The notes beneath the pieces are model-generated. The model saw only the letters and a list, made by a program, of their open reading frames with translations, searched no databases and was not told the origin of the DNA. DNA of 64,000 nt from Gaiellales bacterium (GTDB lineage: Bacteria; Actinomycetota; Thermoleophilia; Gaiellales; JAICJC01): assembly GCA_036273515.1 (NCBI GenBank), contig DASUHM010000050.1, forward strand, positions 47,246-111,245. Reading direction: 5' to 3'. The translations under genes and the position numbers were made by a program. This document shows positions 59,315 through 64,000 of the stretch, piece by piece (the stretch's first letter is position 1; every line of letters starts with the position of its first letter).

Positions 59315-60584
59315 GCGACTCCTCGAGCCGGTCGAGCCCGGCCTCCAGGTCCTCGTCCGGCGCCGTGATCGGCACCAGGATCCGGATGACGTTGTCGTAG
59401 ATGCCGGTCTTGAGCAGGATCAGGCCGCGCTCGAGCGCCCCGGCGACGACGGCGGCGGCCACGTCGGCCGCCGGCTCCTTGCCAACCGGGTCCTTGACGA
59501 GCTCGATGGCGGACATCGGGCCGATCCCGCGCACCTCGCCGATCACCGGGTAGCGCGCGGCCAGCTCCCGCAGGCGCACGCCGATGCGGTGGCCGACCTC
59601 GACCGAGCGGGCCAGGAACTCCTCGCTCGAGATGGCGCGCAGGCTCTCGATCGCCGCGGCGCAGGCGACCGGGTTGCCGCCGTAGGTCGAGCCGAGCCCG
59701 CCCGGGTGCACCGAGTCCATCACCTCGGCCCGGCCGATGACGCCGGCGAGCGGCATGCCCGAGGCGAGCGACTTGCCGACCGTGACCATGTCGGGGATGA
59801 CGCCCGAGTGCTCGATCCCCCAGAGCGCCCCGGTGCGGCCCATCCCGGCCTGCACCTCGTCGTCGATGTAGAGGATGCCGTGGGCATCGCAGCGCTCCTT
59901 GAGGCCCTGGATGAACTCGGGCGGCATGACGGTGAACCCGCCCTCGCCCTGCACCGGCTCGAGGATCACGCAGGCCACCGAGGCCGGGTCGACCGTGGCC
60001 TTGAACATCCAGTCGAGCGCCTCGAGGGCGTCGGCGGAGGAGATGCCGCGGTACGGGTACGGCGCCGTCGCCCGGTAGATCTCGGGCGCGAACGGGCCCA
60101 TGCCGCGCTTGTAGACGAGCTTCGACGTCAGCGACATCGTCAGCAGCGTGCGGCCGTGGAAGCCGCGGTCGAACGTGATCACGCCGTCGCGGCCGGTGTG
60201 GTAGCGGGCGATCTTGATCGCGTTCTCGACGGCCTCGGCGCCCGAGTTGATCAGGAGCGCCTTCTTGTCGTGCGTGCCCGGCGCGAGCTCGCACAGCATC
60301 TTGCAGACCTCGAGGTACGGGTCGTAGGCGGCCACCGGGAAGCAGGCGTGCATGAGCTGCTCGGCCTGCTCGCGGATCGCCGCGACCACCGCCTCGGGCG
60401 TGTGGCCGAGGTTCAGGACGCCGATGCCGCCGGCGAAGTCGATGTACTCGCGCCCGTCCGCATCCGTCAGCCGGGCGCCGTGGGCGTGGTCGGCGAAGAT
60501 CGGCGCGATGGAGACGCCGCGCGCGACGTAACGGTCGCGCTTCTCGAGCAGCGCCTCGGTCTTGGAACCTTGCTGAACTGCCAT
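59295..60584 (-). CDS. gabT: 4-aminobutyrate aminotransferase (class-III PLP)
   Basis: ATG 60584 (MAVQQGSKTEALLEKRDRYVARGV...). Motifs: DEVQAGMGRTG and TVGKSLASGMPL (PLP Lys). Confidence 0.85.
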   Translation of the reverse strand: MAVQQGSKTEALLEKRDRYVARGVSIAPIFADHAHGARLTDADGREYIDFAGGIGVLNLGHTPEAVVAAIREQAEQLMHACFPVAAYDPYLEVCKMLCELAPGTHDKKALLINSGAEAVENAIKIARYHTGRDGVITFDRGFHGRTLLTMSLTSKLVYKRGMGPFAPEIYRATAPYPYRGISSADALEALDWMFKATVDPASVACVILEPVQGEGGFTVMPPEFIQGLKERCDAHGILYIDDEVQAGMGRTGALWGIEHSGVIPDMVTVGKSLASGMPLAGVIGRAEVMDSVHPGGLGSTYGGNPVACAAAIESLRAISSEEFLARSVEVGHRIGVRLRELAARYPVIGEVRGIGPMSAIELVKDPVGKEPAADVAAAVVAGALERGLILLKTGIYDNVIRILVPITAPDEDLEAGLDRLEESLGAAVG

Positions 60585-60721
60585 TTTGGGACCCCCGCGG
60601 AGGAGCGATTCGTGCGCCGCCGAGTATAAGGGTCGCGGCGCCTTTGCGGGGGCTCGTTCCGGTAGCATTGGCCGCGGTGTCCAACAGCCGGCTGGGGCAC
60701 CGCCATCGAAAGGATCTGAGC

Positions 60722-62122
60722 ATGACGGACCACGCCAACCTGCAGGACCTCGCGAAGCAGCATCTGATGATGCATTTCACGAGCCAGGGCCGCTTCTCCT
60801 CGGAGGAGGTGCCCGTGATCGAGCGGGGCGACGGCTGCTGGCTCTGGGACACCAACGGCAAGCGCTACTTCGACGGCATGTCCGGCCTGTTCTGCACCCA
60901 GATCGGGCACAGCTACGGCGCCGAGCTGGGCGAGGCGGCAGCGAAGCAGATGGCCGAGCTCGGGTTCTTCATCAACTGGAGCTATGCGCATCCGCGGGTC
61001 ATCGAGCTCTCCGCCAAGATCGCCGAGATCGCGCCGGGCGACCTCAACCGCACCTTCTTCTGCTCCGGCGGCTCCGAGGCCAACGAGTCGATCATCAAGC
61101 TGGCCCGCCAGTACCACCAGATCCGCGGCGAGGGCCGCCGCTACAAGATGATCGCCCGCCGCACCGCCTACCACGGCACGACGCTGGGGGCGCTCTCGCT
61201 GACCGGCATCGCCTCGATCCGCAACCCGTTCGAGCCGCTGCTCCCGGGCGTGCGTCACGTCTCGAACACGAACAGCTACCACCGCCCCGAGGGCGAGACC
61301 GAGGCCGAGTTCACGGCGTTCCTGCTCGACGAGCTGCGCGGCGTGATCGAGCAGGAGGGGCCGGGGACGATCTCGGCCTTCTTCGCCGAGCCCGTGCAGA
61401 ACTCGGGCGGCACGTTCACGCCGCCCGAGGGCTACTTCCGGGGCGTGCGCGAGATCTGCGACGAGTACGGCATCCTGCTCGTGGCCGACGAGGTCATCTG
61501 CGGCTTCGGCCGGCTGGGCTACTGGTTCGGGTCGGAGCGCTACGACATCCGCCCCGACATCGTCACGTTCGCCAAGGGCATCGGCTCGGCCCACGTGCCG
61601 CTCGGCGGCGTGATCATGACCGACAAGATCGCTGCGCCCTTCCTCGAGGGCTCGAACATGTTCGTGCACGGCATCACCTACGGCGGCCACCCGGTCTCGA
61701 CCGCCGTCGCGCTCAAGAACCTCGAGATCATGGAGCGCGAGGACGTGCTCGGGAACGTCCGGCGCAACGAGCCCTACTTCAAGGCCGTGCTCGAGAAGCT
61801 CGGCGACAAGCCGATCGTCGGCGACGTGCGCGGCGCCGGCTACTTCATGTCGCTCGAGCTCGTGCGCGACAAGGAGACGAGGGAGACCTTCTCCGACGAG
61901 GAAGCCGACCGCCTGCTGCGCGGGTTCCTCTCGCCGCGGCTCTACGACGCGGGCCTGATCTGCCGCGCCGACGACCGCGGCGACCCGGTGGTGCAGCTCT
62001 CGCCGCCGCTGGTCGCGACCCGCGAGGAGCTCGACTACGTCCACGACGTGCTCGACACCGTGCTCGACGAGGCCTGGACGGAGATGAATCGCTCCAGCGC
62101 CCGCGAGGCAGTCACCTCGTAG
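60722..62122 (+). CDS. class-III omega-aminotransferase (putrescine / beta-alanine:pyruvate type)
   Basis: ATG 60722 after GAAAGGA. Motifs: DEVICGFGRLGYWFG and TFAKGIGSAHVPLG. Confidence 0.85.
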   Translation: MTDHANLQDLAKQHLMMHFTSQGRFSSEEVPVIERGDGCWLWDTNGKRYFDGMSGLFCTQIGHSYGAELGEAAAKQMAELGFFINWSYAHPRVIELSAKIAEIAPGDLNRTFFCSGGSEANESIIKLARQYHQIRGEGRRYKMIARRTAYHGTTLGALSLTGIASIRNPFEPLLPGVRHVSNTNSYHRPEGETEAEFTAFLLDELRGVIEQEGPGTISAFFAEPVQNSGGTFTPPEGYFRGVREICDEYGILLVADEVICGFGRLGYWFGSERYDIRPDIVTFAKGIGSAHVPLGGVIMTDKIAAPFLEGSNMFVHGITYGGHPVSTAVALKNLEIMEREDVLGNVRRNEPYFKAVLEKLGDKPIVGDVRGAGYFMSLELVRDKETRETFSDEEADRLLRGFLSPRLYDAGLICRADDRGDPVVQLSPPLVATREELDYVHDVLDTVLDEAWTEMNRSSAREAVTS

Positions 62123-62133
62123 ATCCGAGGCAC

Positions 62134-63267
62134 ATGCTGACGGTCTCAGACATCGTCGGGATCGAGGCGCTCAAGATCACCCTCCGCGGAGGCCGGTCCG
62201 GCGCGGGCCGGCCCGTGCGGTGGGTGCACATCTCCGAGCTCGACGACCCGACCCCGTGGCTGCGCGGCGGCGAGCTCCTGCTGACGACCGGCCTGCCGCT
62301 GCGGAATGGGCCCGCCGCCTACGTCGAACGGCTGGCCGACGCGGGCCTGACCGGCATGGGCCTGGGCCTCGGGTTCGGCTACGACACGACGCCCGACGAG
62401 GCCCTCGCGGCCGCCGACCGGCTCGGGTTCCCGCTGTTCGAGATCCCCTACCAGGTGCCGTTCATCGCGCTCACCGAGGCGGTGTTCACGCGCCTCTCCG
62501 ACGCGCGCGTCGCCGAGGCGGTGCGGCGGCTCGCCGGCGACCTCGTCGAGGCGGTGCTGAGCGGCGAGGCCGGCGCGCGCGAGCTGCGCCGGCGGGCGCG
62601 GGCCTTCGGCCTGCGCGGCACGCTGCCGCTCTCCTTCCTGGCGCTGCGGCCGGCGGCCGACGAGGCGGCGACGCTCGCCCGCCTGGCCGAGGCGGCCGGC
62701 CGGTTCGGGCCCGCCGGCGTCCGCGACGGCGTCGTGGCCGTCCTGATCGAGGCCCGCGACGACGGCGAGGCCGAGCGGGTGGCCGCCGAGGCCCTGCTCG
62801 AGACCGGCGCGGGCGCCGCGGGCGTCGGCCGTGTCCGCACCGAGCCGGGCGAGCTCGCCCGCAGCTACGACGAGGCGCTCTACGCGGTCGAGGCCAAGCC
62901 CGTGAACGGGACGCCGGCGGTGGCCACGTTCCGCGACCTTGGCTCCATGCAGCTGCTGCTCTCGCTGGGCGACGAGCGTGGCGTCGAGCTCTACTGCGAG
63001 TCGATGCTCGGGCCGCTGCGGGCGCACGACGCCCGCTACGGCTCGGCCCTGATCGACTCGCTCGCCGCCTACATCGAGGCCAACGGCCGCTGGGCCGACG
63101 CCGCCGCGGCCCTCGGCGTCCACCGGCACACGCTCCGCTACCGCATCCGCAAGATCGAGAAGCTGACCGGCCGCAGCCCCACGGACGCGCGCGATCGGCT
63201 GGAGCTGTGGCTGGCACTGCGGGCATACGAGCTGCAGGGACGGCGGGAGCTGGAGCCCGTGCCGTGA
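62134..63267 (+). CDS. PucR/CdaR-family transcriptional regulator
   Basis: ATG 62134. PucR N-domain (VRWVHISELDDPTPWLRGGELLLTTG) and C-terminal HTH (LGVHRHTLRYRIRKIEKLTG). Confidence 0.85.
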   Translation: MLTVSDIVGIEALKITLRGGRSGAGRPVRWVHISELDDPTPWLRGGELLLTTGLPLRNGPAAYVERLADAGLTGMGLGLGFGYDTTPDEALAAADRLGFPLFEIPYQVPFIALTEAVFTRLSDARVAEAVRRLAGDLVEAVLSGEAGARELRRRARAFGLRGTLPLSFLALRPAADEAATLARLAEAAGRFGPAGVRDGVVAVLIEARDDGEAERVAAEALLETGAGAAGVGRVRTEPGELARSYDEALYAVEAKPVNGTPAVATFRDLGSMQLLLSLGDERGVELYCESMLGPLRAHDARYGSALIDSLAAYIEANGRWADAAAALGVHRHTLRYRIRKIEKLTGRSPTDARDRLELWLALRAYELQGRRELEPVP

Positions 63268-64000
63268 GCCGCGTCTGCGTGGTCGGCGCCGCCGGGATCA
63301 TCGGTCCGGCCATCGTGGCGACGCTCGCGGGCGAGGACGCGGTCTCGGAGATCGCCTGCCTCGACGTCGACGGGGAGCGCGCCGCCGAGGTGGCGGCCGC
63401 CCGCGGCGGCGGCAAGGCGACCGCCGGATCGCTCGACATCCGCGACACCGCCGCGGCCCGCGAGGCCCTGGCCGGGGCGGCGGTGCTCGTGAACACGGCC
63501 GCGTACCGCATCAACCTGGCCGCCATGGAGGCGGCGCTGGCCGCCGGGACGCACTACATCGACCTGGGCGGGCTCTTCCACGTCACCCGCGAGCAGGTCG
63601 GCCTGGACGACCGCTTCCGCGAGGCCGGGCTGCTGGCCGTGCTCGGGATGGGGTCGACGCCGGGCAAGACGAACGTGATGGCGGCTCGCGCCGTCGAGCT
63701 GCTCGGCGGCGAGGTCGAGCGGATCGTCGTCGCCGCATCGGGCCGCGACCCGGAGCCGCCGCCGGGGCCGCTGGTCGCCCCTTACGCCGTCGAGACGATC
63801 CTGGACGAGCTGACGATGCCCACACCCGTCGTCCGCGACGGCGAGGTGCGCATGATCGAGCCGATGACGCCGGCCGGCGTCGTCGAGTTCGGCGATCCGG
63901 TCGGCCCTGCCGAGACCGTCTTCACGATCCACTCCGAGATGGCCACCTTCCCCCGGAGCTTCGGCGCCCGCGACGTCGGCTTCCAGCTCTCGCTCGATCC
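63264..64000 (+). CDS. saccharopine-dehydrogenase-family NAD(P)-binding protein (3' end outside the window)
   Basis: GTG 63264 (GTGA overlap). It translates VSRVCVVGAAGIIGPAIVATLAG...VNTAAYRINLAAMEAALAAGTHYIDLGG...GMGSTPGKTN. Not listed in the ORF track because no stop is reached. Confidence 0.75.
   Translation, partial: MSRVCVVGAAGIIGPAIVATLAGEDAVSEIACLDVDGERAAEVAAARGGGKATAGSLDIRDTAAAREALAGAAVLVNTAAYRINLAAMEAALAAGTHYIDLGGLFHVTREQVGLDDRFREAGLLAVLGMGSTPGKTNVMAARAVELLGGEVERIVVAASGRDPEPPPGPLVAPYAVETILDELTMPTPVVRDGEVRMIEPMTPAGVVEFGDPVGPAETVFTIHSEMATFPRSFGARDVGFQLSLD

Noticed and set aside
1-64000. Search for rRNA, tRNA, CRISPR arrays, transposases, integrases and phage genes.
   Set aside because: No intergenic region is long enough for, or has the look of, a tRNA or rRNA. 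No regularly spaced repeats are present. No ORF shows recombinase or transposase motifs. I did this by eye only; tRNAscan, Infernal and ISfinder would be definitive.

Overview
A very high-GC, tightly packed bacterial chromosome segment. From the flavour of the proteins it is probably Actinomycetota, perhaps Thermoleophilia/Rubrobacteria-like; that placement is an inference. I support about 75 protein-coding genes. I found no rRNA, tRNA, CRISPR array, transposase or integrase.

Many long ORFs in the six-frame track are Arg/Pro/Gly-rich artefacts, either antisense or upstream extensions of real genes. I therefore re-set starts by hand and checked each against the ORF frame. At least 20 adjacent gene pairs share a 4-nt ATGA/GTGA start-stop overlap.

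Housekeeping content:
- pfkB-like kinase, hisN-like IMPase, pyrF, pyrE and hup
- a DnaQ/GIY-YIG (Cho-like) nuclease with a LexA box
- rdgB-rph-murI, xseAB, acyP, trxA with an ArsR-family regulator, and a RodZ-like protein
- cell-wall hydrolases (LysM-SLT and NlpC/P60)

Metabolic and transport content:
- two ABC-2 exporters, two APC permeases and a formamidase
- a DDAH plus M20 pair
- sulfite reductase plus sbp-cysTWA
- a polyamine/GABA locus: potABCD-like genes, gabT, an omega-aminotransferase, a PucR-family regulator and a saccharopine-dehydrogenase-like gene

Most notable observations:
1. A 2.46-kb, lower-GC islet at 32350-34836 is bracketed by an imperfect direct repeat. It carries a single 764-aa DUF262/ParB-like plus His-Me-finger (GmrSD/SspE-like) protein with an extra C-terminal domain that looks PLD/Nuc-like with H-x-R. 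I read this as a candidate single-gene defence cassette of unusual architecture.
2. A family of at least 8 intergenic palindromes is built on GGGGTC(T/A)GACCCC. Several supply stop codons to flanking genes, and two bracket a gene-deletion scar.
3. A clear SAM-I riboswitch sits in front of a ThrC-family gene.
4. A terminator hairpin 12 nt upstream of an ABC-2 exporter start has a competing antiterminator arm inside a possibly leaderless 24-codon sORF.
5. There is a textbook MerR-type promoter with a 19-bp spacer.

All family assignments come from motif recognition by eye; no database search was run.
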